Source of the DNA: an uncultured virus (IMG/VR IMGVR_UViG_3300025141_000033)
Taxonomy: Duplodnaviria > Heunggongvirae > Uroviricota > Caudoviricetes
Length of the DNA: 64,000 nucleotides
IMG/VR virus record: IMGVR_UViG_3300025141_000033
Direction: 5' to 3' (one strand)
Shown here: positions 45,927-56,600 of the stretch, one piece after another
How the letters are laid out: each line of letters opens with the position of its first letter
How positions within the stretch are numbered: position 1 is the first letter of the stretch
Program-made: the position numbers and the translations under genes
Notes under the pieces: generated by a model
Told to the model about the DNA's origin: nothing
Database searches by the model: none
The model's input: the letters and a program-made list of their open reading frames with translations, nothing else

Positions 45927-48458
45927 TCATTCGTTTCTTAAAGTATAAGTAATGTTTAAATCGATTTTTCTGCCAGTTTTTTTGGAAGTGAGTCGAAGTT
46001 TAAAGGATTTGTCCCAGATTGTGTCCGTGGCTGTTCCAACTACAAGTTTGTCTATTTGAGCTTCTGCGGTATCAGAGTAGTCAACCTCTGAGTCGTCAAA
46101 TAATATATGAGATATATTCGGCTGGAGCTGGATCAGCTTTTTGGTAGCTATGCTGGTTTTGTCAGACTGTCCCGTTTTTAAGTCCTTTTCGAAGAGAACA
46201 TCGGCTACGAGGTATTCGTAGCCTCCATCATTAATTAGCTCAACTTCATATATTTGAGATATTTGACCGGGGGACCCATTCTCGTTGACTGCCCTGAAAG
46301 TATAATAATATTTTCTATTTGTGGATATTTTATCTTCAATTCGAGTTGAATCCTTTGTGAAGCTATTTTTTCTATACCTTAGATCAATACTTTGAATCAA
46401 GTTGTTGTCAAAATCGATATAAGAAGTTGGACGGGTTGCTATCCGGTATACCTCGATGGTCCTTTTGGGAGAGACCGTCTCTTTGGGGAAAGCAGAATCA
46501 TAAGTTATATCGTTAGAGTTCTTATATTTTTGCAAGTATTCTGCGTCCTCCTTGGTCAACGATTCTGGTGTGTGTGCGGATGAGTTAAACGAATCGTACT
46601 GCAATGAGAACCCGACTCTCTTAGATGAATCATAATGTTGATATGGGGTAGCTTGGACTATATTTGGCGGGTGATCCAGTATACTAACTTCTTTCGATAA
46701 TATTGGAATCTCCATCAACCTAACGGAGGGCTTGTGTTTAAGAATAAAATCTGCTATATATTTGTGGTCTGACAAAATCTGGCTGTTCGACGCGAATTGG
46801 TTGACCTCGGCTAAATTGGATTCTGCTTTATACAGTTGCTCGGAAGTGTCACCAGTGTCTGGATCATAAAACTCCAAACAATAATCTGTGTCCGAGAACT
46901 TGTCCTCGGGGGCACCACGGTTATTGCCCGCGTCGGCGGCATGTCTTCCAATCTGTCTGGTGAGGGCAAAATCGTCAAACGAATATTCTATGCCGACGAC
47001 GATTCTATAAAGATAGACATTATACTGGTAGGTCTCTCCATATATCACCTGTGAGTCTGCGATCGTGAAATCTTCATATTCTCCAACATTATTAAAAATC
47101 CAGTAGTTTTGAGTGACTGACTGGGACTGGGAATCTCCGGTGGGGGCTCCAGATATTTTTTCAACCCTATAGGCTAAAACTTCATTATGTTTTGATGGGT
47201 AAGTATATAAGTCCTCAATCGAGTCAATTTTGTAATTTGCCTCATTGTTCAAAAAAGATGTTACATCATTAATTGTAGAAAGGGCGCAGAGAGAGTTGAT
47301 GTACCGATAGGTTCCGTCAGTAGATGTTAGCATCCTTATCTTATCGTCTAAGACCCCAACAAAGATGCCATCGTCGGTGGCAGATGAATAGTTGTTATAA
47401 GTGTATTGTAAGAAATCTATGTAGTCGATCTCTCTTGCGTCCTGCGATGCTATCAGTTTCATAGTGGTGTACTCAGGCTGGCCAGCGATAGAGGCAGAAA
47501 TGAAATCTGTGGAGCTGTTGTGGGGGAGGGTTCGTGGAGGCAAGTCGCCTACATTATCAGTGAAAACATCCTTCAATGTTTGAAGCACTTTTTGGCTGTG
47601 TCCGTTCGCGATAATTGAGTCGACCAAGCCTCCCTTCTCATATGTCGGGACTGTGATCTTTGAGTAGAACGGAGTCCTGGTCATCTCTTCGCTCAAGACG
47701 CTTCTAAACTCCTCTGAGAAAATGCTGTTTTCGTCGACAAATATATTCTGCATTCTATTTTGAATGCTCTCCATAGTGGTGCCTGACAAGCTTGTATCAA
47801 TTAGTCCGATATCATTGGCGAATTCGGATACCTGTGTTTTTGACAGTTTCCCGTCAAAGGTGACAAAGTTAGAAACGTCGGTGTCTATTTCTGCCTCTTC
47901 ACCAAAAGTATCGTATAAAAGAGAGAGATACAGATTTGGAATCAAAAGCTCTGAATCGAGAGTTTCAATGTAAGTCTGGTAGTCCTTATTAAAAGTGTTA
48001 TACTCATACGTGGCTTCTACTACCTTTGTTATGCCATTATCTGTTATCGAATTGTCTTCTGCTTTTGTATATGGAAAATATGTTTGATGGTAGAAATCAT
48101 TAAATTCAAATTTATTTAATATTGATGAGAAAAGCTCGTCTTTATAGGTCCCACCAAATAGAAGGCTCTTCCAATGCTTGTCGCTTTCTACTATCCCATT
48201 ATTACCGATCAGTCTCACCGGGAAGGCTGTGTTTGGAAGGAAGTCTTCATCATTAATGTCCTGAGATAGTTCTGCATTTGAGTGGATAGAGGCGATGGGG
48301 GAATCCGTCGCTTCGGCGTATGCTTTCCGTGTGTAGAACTCTCCGTATTCATCCTCCCCTGCTTGCCAGCACCCGCCAACAACTGTCCTAAATGTGTCGG
48401 ATGAGCCCGAAAGCAGCGACTCATTTAAAAAGATATTTGTTTTTTCGTTAATGCTCAT
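45927..48458 (-). CDS. Hypothetical structural protein
   Basis: 843 aa, acidic; Ig/FN3-like KYYYTFRAVN stretch. Confidence 0.5.
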   Translation of the reverse strand: MSINEKTNIFLNESLLSGSSDTFRTVVGGCWQAGEDEYGEFYTRKAYAEATDSPIASIHSNAELSQDINDEDFLPNTAFPVRLIGNNGIVESDKHWKSLLFGGTYKDELFSSILNKFEFNDFYHQTYFPYTKAEDNSITDNGITKVVEATYEYNTFNKDYQTYIETLDSELLIPNLYLSLLYDTFGEEAEIDTDVSNFVTFDGKLSKTQVSEFANDIGLIDTSLSGTTMESIQNRMQNIFVDENSIFSEEFRSVLSEEMTRTPFYSKITVPTYEKGGLVDSIIANGHSQKVLQTLKDVFTDNVGDLPPRTLPHNSSTDFISASIAGQPEYTTMKLIASQDAREIDYIDFLQYTYNNYSSATDDGIFVGVLDDKIRMLTSTDGTYRYINSLCALSTINDVTSFLNNEANYKIDSIEDLYTYPSKHNEVLAYRVEKISGAPTGDSQSQSVTQNYWIFNNVGEYEDFTIADSQVIYGETYQYNVYLYRIVVGIEYSFDDFALTRQIGRHAADAGNNRGAPEDKFSDTDYCLEFYDPDTGDTSEQLYKAESNLAEVNQFASNSQILSDHKYIADFILKHKPSVRLMEIPILSKEVSILDHPPNIVQATPYQHYDSSKRVGFSLQYDSFNSSAHTPESLTKEDAEYLQKYKNSNDITYDSAFPKETVSPKRTIEVYRIATRPTSYIDFDNNLIQSIDLRYRKNSFTKDSTRIEDKISTNRKYYYTFRAVNENGSPGQISQIYEVELINDGGYEYLVADVLFEKDLKTGQSDKTSIATKKLIQLQPNISHILFDDSEVDYSDTAEAQIDKLVVGTATDTIWDKSFKLRLTSKKTGRKIDLNITYTLRNE

Positions 48459-48461
48459 TTC

Positions 48462-49157
48462 TTATTCGGTCGCAGGTGAGGTCAAGGGGGTGTACCCATT
48501 CAAAGAGGCTATTCTCTCTTGTTTTTTAAATTTGCTATTGGCGACAGTCTTTTTATAAATATGTTTTATGTCCAAATCAGATGCGAAATAAGAGTTTAAA
48601 ATTTCTTCATATTTTTGATCAAAAGTTGCGCGGGCAGTGTTACCTATCGAACATAATTCCGCCTCAACCTCCTCAGGCAAGCCCGTGCCACACAAAAGAG
48701 GCTTTATGAATCCTTGTGCATATCTTTCAAAGAAGCGGTTGGCTTCGTCTTCTGAGTATTGTATGGAGTAAGTGTTGCTCTCACCAAAGTCAATGGTGGG
48801 GGCTGCGGAGAGCGATACTGGGCTATAGATCGCTGCAGACGATCCGTCATCCACTATCGCATTCTGCTTTAGGATTGCCACATCTCCAGAATCGATATAT
48901 TTGGACATCGCGTCAATATCACCAAGAGAGAATGTGGGCTCGATAACAAACCCTTCAGAATCTAAGTTGGCAAGAACAATGAAGTACCCCATATCGATAG
49001 CATAAAACATACCGGGCTGTTCAAGAGCAGCCGATTGAGAATCACCCCCCATGCCGGCGGCGAAAGAGTCGTTGTCGAGGTCAGCACCAGAAATGGCGGT
49101 GGTGGTGGTTTCTTCTGCTTCTGAGGGTGCGTCAATGGGCGTTGATAATGATGCCAC
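48462..49157 (-). CDS. Hypothetical protein
   Basis: 231 aa; GTG start with an AAGGAG RBS. Confidence 0.55.
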   Translation of the reverse strand: MASLSTPIDAPSEAEETTTTAISGADLDNDSFAAGMGGDSQSAALEQPGMFYAIDMGYFIVLANLDSEGFVIEPTFSLGDIDAMSKYIDSGDVAILKQNAIVDDGSSAAIYSPVSLSAAPTIDFGESNTYSIQYSEDEANRFFERYAQGFIKPLLCGTGLPEEVEAELCSIGNTARATFDQKYEEILNSYFASDLDIKHIYKKTVANSKFKKQERIASLNGYTPLTSPATE

Positions 49158-49175
49158 TTTTTATAACTCCTTGGT

Positions 49176-49763
49176 TCACTTTTGAAATAACTTGTTTGTT
49201 GGGGTTCCTGCGGACATATTGGTGAGGGCAAAATCAGATGCTATCTGCACTGCGTCAGGTTTAGTTTCAAGGGCAACGTCCATCTTGTTCGTCGTTACTT
49301 GGAACTCGGCCGTCTGGGAATCTTTGTCATAGAAGGTGTCGGCGCTGTTGCTAAATTTATCAGCTGCGTTGATCAGAGTGCCCTTGATCTTGCTAAAATC
49401 TTTTTCATCAAAAATATTCTTGTTCTCAATTACCTCTGTGTCACTCTGGGTCTGGATTAGTGAGAAATTCGGATCTTCGAGCGAAATAGAGCAGCCTGCT
49501 AAACCCAATAGATTGATCGCGACATCATTTGTGTCACTAATACCATTTGGGAATAATGAGTCCGGGGTGACTTGTTCATCAGAGGTCTCACTAAATGCAA
49601 TCGCAGAGGCATCCGCTATTGTTTTAGATGAGGAGTTTGCTTTGGCATTGTATTTCTTACCCGACAGAGAGAAGACATTATCAGATTGGCTTGTGAGGCG
49701 GGTGCGCGCAGTACCTGTAGCTATGCTGCCGGGTGTTTTTTGTGAGTTTTGAGATATCGCCAT
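49176..49763 (-). CDS. Hypothetical protein
   Basis: 195 aa; TCTAATTA motif at 49783-49790. Confidence 0.55.
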   Translation of the reverse strand: MAISQNSQKTPGSIATGTARTRLTSQSDNVFSLSGKKYNAKANSSSKTIADASAIAFSETSDEQVTPDSLFPNGISDTNDVAINLLGLAGCSISLEDPNFSLIQTQSDTEVIENKNIFDEKDFSKIKGTLINAADKFSNSADTFYDKDSQTAEFQVTTNKMDVALETKPDAVQIASDFALTNMSAGTPTNKLFQK

Positions 49764-49825
49764 GCTTATAGCCCTCTTTGAATAATTAGAGGTTTACTTA
49801 TTTTATTTGAGTTTCCGGTGAATCA

Positions 49826-52666
49826 CTACGATATATAGTCACGCGCATCTGTAGATACGGTAGCAGCGGTGCCAGTATCTGTGTCTGTTTCGGTGGAGGT
49901 GGAGGTGGAGGCAGAAGAAGAGAGCATCTCCTCTAACCAAAAATTCCAATCCATCGCCCCTTCGCTGTCGCCGAACTCTGCCAGATGGTTCAAAGAGTTT
50001 GGCCAAACATATTGAGCAGTCGCCCTAAGTGCTGCTGGAAACGCTGTGTTTGCGGCGGAGGTGTTTTCTTCGACCAACTGCTCAAGCATATCGATAAACC
50101 CTTCTATAGCCGTATAATACTCTGACCAAGAAGAGTCTATGGTCTCTCCAAGCAAGATGGTAGAAACCACTTCTTTACCGGTAATAGTTATATACTCCGG
50201 TTCTGGCTTGTCTTTGAAGAAATCTACGAGGGCTGCGACTGCAGCACCAACCAGCGCACCAATGGCTGCTGTCCCGATGATGCTAGTGAAGACAAGTGCT
50301 GTCAGAGCCACCGCCAACGCAGTGCCACCCGTGGCGGTGGCGGCGCCAAGTGCGGTAGTAATAATCAATAGATTCTTCGAGCCTTTTTCCGTTTCTCCAA
50401 CTTCTATCTCAAAGTTCGTCTGAGTCAGCACAGTCAAAGCAGTCTGGAAAGAGCTTAGGAGTTCTTCTGGGGTGTTGGCGTCATCGTCGTACTCTATTGG
50501 TACTGCGGCGGCTTCCGCTGACCACGAGTTCATTTGATAATATGTGTAATCGGTACGGGAGAAATATAGTGTATCGCCGTCAAGCACAGTCGAGGGCAGT
50601 TCAACCTCGGCCGACGTAAGGGTTACCTCTCGGGGAGAGGAGGAAGCAATCGAGTATGCTGTGGCGAAAGAAGTCGAATCATAGTAGTCCTCTTTAAAGG
50701 ATATTAGAAGCTCTCTGAACTCAGTAAGCAGCTCATAGGTGCCACCAAAGGGGGTGATCAAAGCAGTCATGGCTTGGGCGTTCTTAGAAAGGCTCGACAA
50801 GTCTCCCTCAAACCCTCCCAGAAGAATAGCAAGATGTAGATTGTATATAATCGGCATCTTCACCCATGGGTATCGTCCAAGATCATTAGAGTAGAACTCT
50901 TCAATCTGATCTACGAAGAACTGGTTATATTCCCCTGTTGTTGAGTTGTGGCTGCATTTCTCTGATACTAACTGATAGTATTCCTCGAACTCGGCATAAG
51001 CTTCGTTAAAGTTTGTTATCAAAAAATCAGCGATCTCTATTGTATTGTCTTTTAAAGACACCGAAAATTTATAACCTAAGTCGGCGGATTGCATGTCCAA
51101 GAGACCTCTCATCGGGTATAAGTCTTGAAACTCAAGAGCCATCAAGCGGTAATCGGTCTCGTCGCTCTGGGCTGTTGGTAAAACAAAGTTTCTCGGCAAG
51201 AAGTAAGGAGTGATGGTGGTTTCAGCCGAAGAGAAGTCGATCTGCTTCATACCATAATACTCATCATTGTCTAATATTGAAATGACAGTTGAAGAGGCAA
51301 GTGGATAGTATTGACTGTCGTCAAATGAGGTTTCCATAGACATCTCCACTTGTCTGGAAGAATCTGCCATATTGATGCGCTCAAGTTTTATTTTCTGCAG
51401 TGCGAGGGCTGCGGAAGGGAGACTGTGTCCGAAAAAAGACATTACATTTTTAACGTCGAAAAGCTTTGACAAAGCTGACTTGTTCTGTAGGTATTTTTCA
51501 TAGTCGAAGAAAGCGAAGCCAGAGTTCCTGTAACCCGTCATCATATGTGACATGTTGGAGCCGTCTAAGGAGAAGTACTCCCTGGTGATTCTCATATTTG
51601 AATATACATAATCTGAATCCACGGCGGCGGCGAATTTTGATTTCTCCGGGGAAGTAGAGTCGTCAATATCGATGATCAATGAGCCAGCAGCAGGCGCCAA
51701 CGGGTTGGAATAGACTAAATCTATCACCCTTGGATTGATAAACATCTTCTTACTTACTTGCTCCTCTGTGGTTACTCCGTCGTTGGCGGCGGCGAGGGTC
51801 TTTTTAAAATCTTTATAATATTTTCCAGCGTTTGTCGCGTTGGTCTTTTGAGGAGCCGACTTTCTAATCACGTTCATTTGCGGAAGCATCTCAGGAGTCG
51901 CTGCGTATGCAGACAAAACGTAAGATACATTGTCTATGACCCCTTGTAGCTGACTATCAGTTTCAGCGAGTGCTTGATAAGATTCGTTTAGCGCCTCAAA
52001 CATTGTAATTATGTTTTCTCTATTGAAGTCGTCGGTTTTATGGTAGTCACCAGATATCGATTGATTGACCTCCTCGTTATAAGCAAAATCGTTTTCATCA
52101 AAAAATGCTTGCTGGGTTGAGTCCACTGGCTGCCCATCTTCATAGACGGGTTCGTAGGTGGCATCACTAAAAAATTTAGAGGCAACTTTAGATTTATTAA
52201 ATGATATCTTATTATAATCCATTCCCGTAAAGGCTAAAACATACAAATCGCCTTCTGTGGAGACTGGTATCGTGGCTTGGTAGCCGGTCGCCTTCAAAAT
52301 CGGATTGTCAGCTTCGTCTAAATTCGCTTCACTATATTCAATATCTTCTTGATTTAAGACATTATAAGAAAAAGCAATCTCATTCGAACCGTCTGCAAGC
52401 AACGAGAATAACTGTGTGATGTTATGCTGCGATCTAACGATATCATTGTAAACATCTCGATTAGTGCAGGCAAAGACATAATAATAGAGACCCTGGAGGG
52501 TGTCGGTGAAACCCTCTTCGGGCGTGAAAAAATCGCTGGTTTTGTAAGAGAACGAAAAATCAACAACAAGCTGTCCGGCAGTCGCCGTAACAAGATCGAT
52601 GAATGGCGATGGGAGATACTCACCAAGATTCTTTATAACATCTCCGGTATAGATCAATCTTGACAT
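49826..52666 (-). CDS. Hypothetical structural protein with a hydrophobic hairpin
   Basis: 946 aa with a ~50-aa uncharged Gly/Ala segment near the C-terminus. Confidence 0.5.
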   Translation of the reverse strand: MSRLIYTGDVIKNLGEYLPSPFIDLVTATAGQLVVDFSFSYKTSDFFTPEEGFTDTLQGLYYYVFACTNRDVYNDIVRSQHNITQLFSLLADGSNEIAFSYNVLNQEDIEYSEANLDEADNPILKATGYQATIPVSTEGDLYVLAFTGMDYNKISFNKSKVASKFFSDATYEPVYEDGQPVDSTQQAFFDENDFAYNEEVNQSISGDYHKTDDFNRENIITMFEALNESYQALAETDSQLQGVIDNVSYVLSAYAATPEMLPQMNVIRKSAPQKTNATNAGKYYKDFKKTLAAANDGVTTEEQVSKKMFINPRVIDLVYSNPLAPAAGSLIIDIDDSTSPEKSKFAAAVDSDYVYSNMRITREYFSLDGSNMSHMMTGYRNSGFAFFDYEKYLQNKSALSKLFDVKNVMSFFGHSLPSAALALQKIKLERINMADSSRQVEMSMETSFDDSQYYPLASSTVISILDNDEYYGMKQIDFSSAETTITPYFLPRNFVLPTAQSDETDYRLMALEFQDLYPMRGLLDMQSADLGYKFSVSLKDNTIEIADFLITNFNEAYAEFEEYYQLVSEKCSHNSTTGEYNQFFVDQIEEFYSNDLGRYPWVKMPIIYNLHLAILLGGFEGDLSSLSKNAQAMTALITPFGGTYELLTEFRELLISFKEDYYDSTSFATAYSIASSSPREVTLTSAEVELPSTVLDGDTLYFSRTDYTYYQMNSWSAEAAAVPIEYDDDANTPEELLSSFQTALTVLTQTNFEIEVGETEKGSKNLLIITTALGAATATGGTALAVALTALVFTSIIGTAAIGALVGAAVAALVDFFKDKPEPEYITITGKEVVSTILLGETIDSSWSEYYTAIEGFIDMLEQLVEENTSAANTAFPAALRATAQYVWPNSLNHLAEFGDSEGAMDWNFWLEEMLSSSASTSTSTETDTDTGTAATVSTDARDYIS

Positions 52667-53655
52667 ATTTCAGGCTCCGTAACTTGTCCGTAAATATCGA
52701 AAACAACTTCTTCTCTGCTTTGTGTTTCGCAATCAAAATCAATATCAACGTAATAAGAAGTTCTATTAAATACTTCTGCTGATTTGCAAACTGTCGCTTC
52801 ATCGATTTCGGAGTCTCTTAATATATTAAAATAATATCCGATATTTACGTCTGTTTGCTCGCTTTGGCTGGGGGCAGATGGGACTTCTGATGTCATGAAG
52901 CCGTCTTTAATTTGGGAAGGGGTGTTTAAAAAGTATTTTCTCTTGAGAACTGATTCCTCTCCGATGCTCGAACCAGTAATAACTTGGAACACTTCGACAT
53001 CAAAATTCTCACTCAAGAGTTCTGTGTTGACTTCATCTGCATAAAGTAAGAGGTCATCGTATTTGAGATTGACTACTTTATTATCTGAAAAAACAGCACT
53101 GGTGGCAAGGTTGTCTCTTGCGGTACGAGTCGTTGAAATGTCTTCTATGTCTACGATCTCCTTTACATATTTCAGCTCAATATCTATCTGCGGAATGTTG
53201 TTACCTCTGAGTCCGACTGTGTCTCTTGCTGATGAGCCTGAGAACTCTCCTTGCAGAGAAACTATTTTCCACGCGGGGGAGCTTTGGGTGGCGCCGTCAA
53301 GGAAGGCATCCCCAATAGCGGAATCAAATTTAAAGTTGTCCTTTCGAGGGGATTCCTTCATCGGAGTGACATCCAGATCAAAGAAGTTAACTGCTGTTCC
53401 CTTATCTGTGGCAACAATGTTGTCGGCATCCTCAAACAAGACCAAGCTCTCTAGATATTGAGTTTCTTTCTTAATTCTGTTACTGATACCGGACTGAGAT
53501 TCGCTGGTTCCAGCGTATTCTCCATCATATATGACATTGTCATCATAGAATGCGTAATAAGTTGGCTTGAAATCGCCGATGGACAAAAGATAGTGCCCGT
53601 AAGATGTGAGCTTAAGATCAAAGACTTGTTCTTTCTTGTTTATGAACTTGGCCAT
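52654..53655 (-). CDS. Virion/baseplate structural protein
   Basis: LKLTSYGHYLLSIGDFKPTYYAFYDDNVIY resembles the N-terminus of 44893..45885. Confidence 0.5.
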   Translation of the reverse strand: MAKFINKKEQVFDLKLTSYGHYLLSIGDFKPTYYAFYDDNVIYDGEYAGTSESQSGISNRIKKETQYLESLVLFEDADNIVATDKGTAVNFFDLDVTPMKESPRKDNFKFDSAIGDAFLDGATQSSPAWKIVSLQGEFSGSSARDTVGLRGNNIPQIDIELKYVKEIVDIEDISTTRTARDNLATSAVFSDNKVVNLKYDDLLLYADEVNTELLSENFDVEVFQVITGSSIGEESVLKRKYFLNTPSQIKDGFMTSEVPSAPSQSEQTDVNIGYYFNILRDSEIDEATVCKSAEVFNRTSYYVDIDFDCETQSREEVVFDIYGQVTEPEICQD

Positions 53656-53657
53656 TT

Positions 53658-56600
53658 CTATGTATCGTCCTCATCGTCTTTCGAAAATAAGACTTCGGCA
53701 TCCATCTTAATTAGCTCAACGATGGATAAGTAATCGTATGGCCAGTTGAAGGAGAGGTCGTAGCCGGTAGCAGAACCGTCGGAGGCTGCCTGCAGAACCG
53801 GGGTGAGTTCTGATCCTACGCTTTCGTTTGCCTGGGTGGCAACCTTATCATAATAGTTTGCGTTAGCTTTTTGCTTAACCTTGAACACCATCCATCTAAT
53901 CTGTTCTGAATCAAACAAGCTATCCTCGTTAAGAAGCTCCATGTCCATAAGCTCATGAGCGATACTTTGCTCTTGCTTTTCAATCTTCTGGTAGTTTCGG
54001 GGAGCAAGGTTCTGCCAAATATAAGATAGGTCATCTCTGTCAAGCTTATATTCGAACTCGAACATATACATCACGACTGGTTCTACGCTGGAGACATTAA
54101 GGAAATCGAACTGTGGCGGCAAGACATATCTTCCCATCTTTTGTGCGAGCTTACGGATAGACGCTCCGGCGGCGTCTAAGGACGACCCCATCACAGATGA
54201 AGGGCTCATTTGGGCAGCTGCCCAACGCTCTGGTGGGATGCTGAAGAACTTCTTGTGTGTCTCGGAGTCAGAGCTTGCGGCGAGACGGTCACCATCTGGT
54301 ATAGAGGGAACCACATACGGAACGGCGACCACAGCTTCTTTAATCGTTCTGCTCTCAGCTATCTCACCGAGTCTAACAGACGCGCCATTTGAGGAGTTCA
54401 CTGTTGGGGCGGAGGATAGGCTTCTGAGGGGATCGGTATTTGGCGTTTTATCAAATCCCATGATAGCTGTGAGCGACTTCATATTCTTATAGACTAAGGC
54501 GCCATTGGTGGCTGCGTCATTATCATTATACATGGAGTTATTATCGGTGACATCGTAATGGTACTGTAGCCATTCGGAAGGGATGTCGCTGACCTCAAGG
54601 AAGATTCCCTTGCTTGCCTCCTGCGGAATGACGCCAAACTGATGCCACATTCCGCGGGGGACAGAAGCAGAACCGAAGTTCTGGGGGTTGGATAGTGTGC
54701 CGTCGGCTTCTGAGATGGGGTGGATACCTCCGTCGTTGAAGTTCAACATGGGAGTCTCGAACTTGGGCTGGATGACCCAGCGCTTGCCGATGCTTTCGTT
54801 AGTGTTTGTCTGGGGGTTTCCCTGCTCGTCGAATGTGGTCTTGAACACGTCTTCGACCCCGAACAGATTGACACTCGCACTGATTTGCATCGCGTTTCCA
54901 TTGACGTTGTTGCCGGCGTAAATAAGTTCTCTTGATATCGATCCAGCGTAACCATCGCGGATCAATGTTGAGCCGGTAGTAACGGAGGTGCCGAGGGTGC
55001 CCGATAGTGGAATGCCGCCGGCTGGTGGTCCAGGATCAACGCGGCGGAAAGAGGTCTCTATCTGTGATATAATTTGCTCTAATGTATAGGTCCTGGTGTG
55101 GTCGGGTCTGAAAATCAAATCCGCCCAGGCTTCTCCATTGTAATATGGTGGAGTGAACGACCAGTTGAATCCATTGAAACTATCGACAGGTGAAGCGGCT
55201 ATGGTGAGGTCATCGTGGGCGGCATCGAAGGCGCCGCGACCGGAGCATGGGGGACCGAAGGAAGATGGGCGAGAGTACATTGTAAAGCTCTCTTTAAAGT
55301 CTGGATTCTGGCGTGGGTCCTGAGGTAGCGGGTAAGAGCCTGAGGTTCCAAAAGAAGCTGTAGTTGCGACTGAACTTGACAAGAACTGAGTAGCTCCCAA
55401 GAATGAATATCCCGTATTATCGCCGGCAGATCCGGATTCATAGTCATATGACCTGATACCTGTGTTTGATTTGCGCATCTTGACACGGGCGCCATAGACA
55501 GCTCCACTCTCAAACGTCATTGCTGTTGAAATGATTCCGGACTTAATTTTGGTGTAAGTGCCCTCAGACAAGAAGAAATCTCCGACAGAGCCAAAGAAGT
55601 TCTCTGCCATTTTGGAATAAATAGAGTCGTTGTCTGAGCCGTTCCAAGATGCCGTCGTGGGAACTGATGCGGAAGGATGAGGTTCTTCACAAAAGAACTG
55701 TTTTCCTTGAAGATGCTTCTCTGGGGAGAGCATGGTTTCGAAGGGGATCCTGTAATCCCAGTAGTCGTTGCCGAAGTTAGTGCCGTCAATAGCCCAGTTG
55801 TCGGTGTCAGAGCTGGCGCTATAATATGAATCATATTTCTTTGTAATGTCAGAGATCATCGGATAGTCGACTGCGATTCCTGATTTGATCGTGTTGTAGA
55901 GGATCCCAGGGGCGAACAGCTTCTCGGCGAGAGGCTTAGACCAGCCGCCTTCGTGGCCATCGGCAGAGGCAAAGAGATTTCGAGAAGGATTTCCGGCGAA
56001 TGCGCAGCCGACGCTACTCGCATATGATCGAGAGAACTGAGACACAAGGTCCAAAGTTCGCTGGGCTGGGTAGAACCCCTTGTAGGGGTTAAATCTGGTT
56101 GTTGCCTTGCAAGTGAGCTTGATCTCCTTTGCTTTGAGCAGATTGCTAACATCCTCCTTGATCCCCAGGAAACCACTCATAAATTCAGAGTTTGAATAGT
56201 CGATATAAAAGTCATCCTGTGAGCTGTTGATGTCTGTCCCTACTATCTCCAGCATAGATTCAGAACCAGTAGAGCTAAGGATCCCATAATTGATGTAATC
56301 CTCAATATGCTCACTGATGCGGAATTCGGGGATAATACCTGAGTCCTTGGAAATCAGCTTAAGATCGTGCTTATAAGCGTCGTAGTCTGTGAACCAGGGG
56401 TTGGATGGATGAGAGATAAATTGACTCGTGCTGTCTAAATTGACCACGATGCCAGCTTGGGTATTCGCTTCCCACATAGCCTCGCCAGCATAAATATCAA
56501 TCTGACTTGCGGCTTCGAAGCCATTGTCCGTGAAGGGACTCAGGCTGCCAGTCTCCGGTACGACAACACCGTTAGGGGAAACAACAGAGTACGGACTGGA

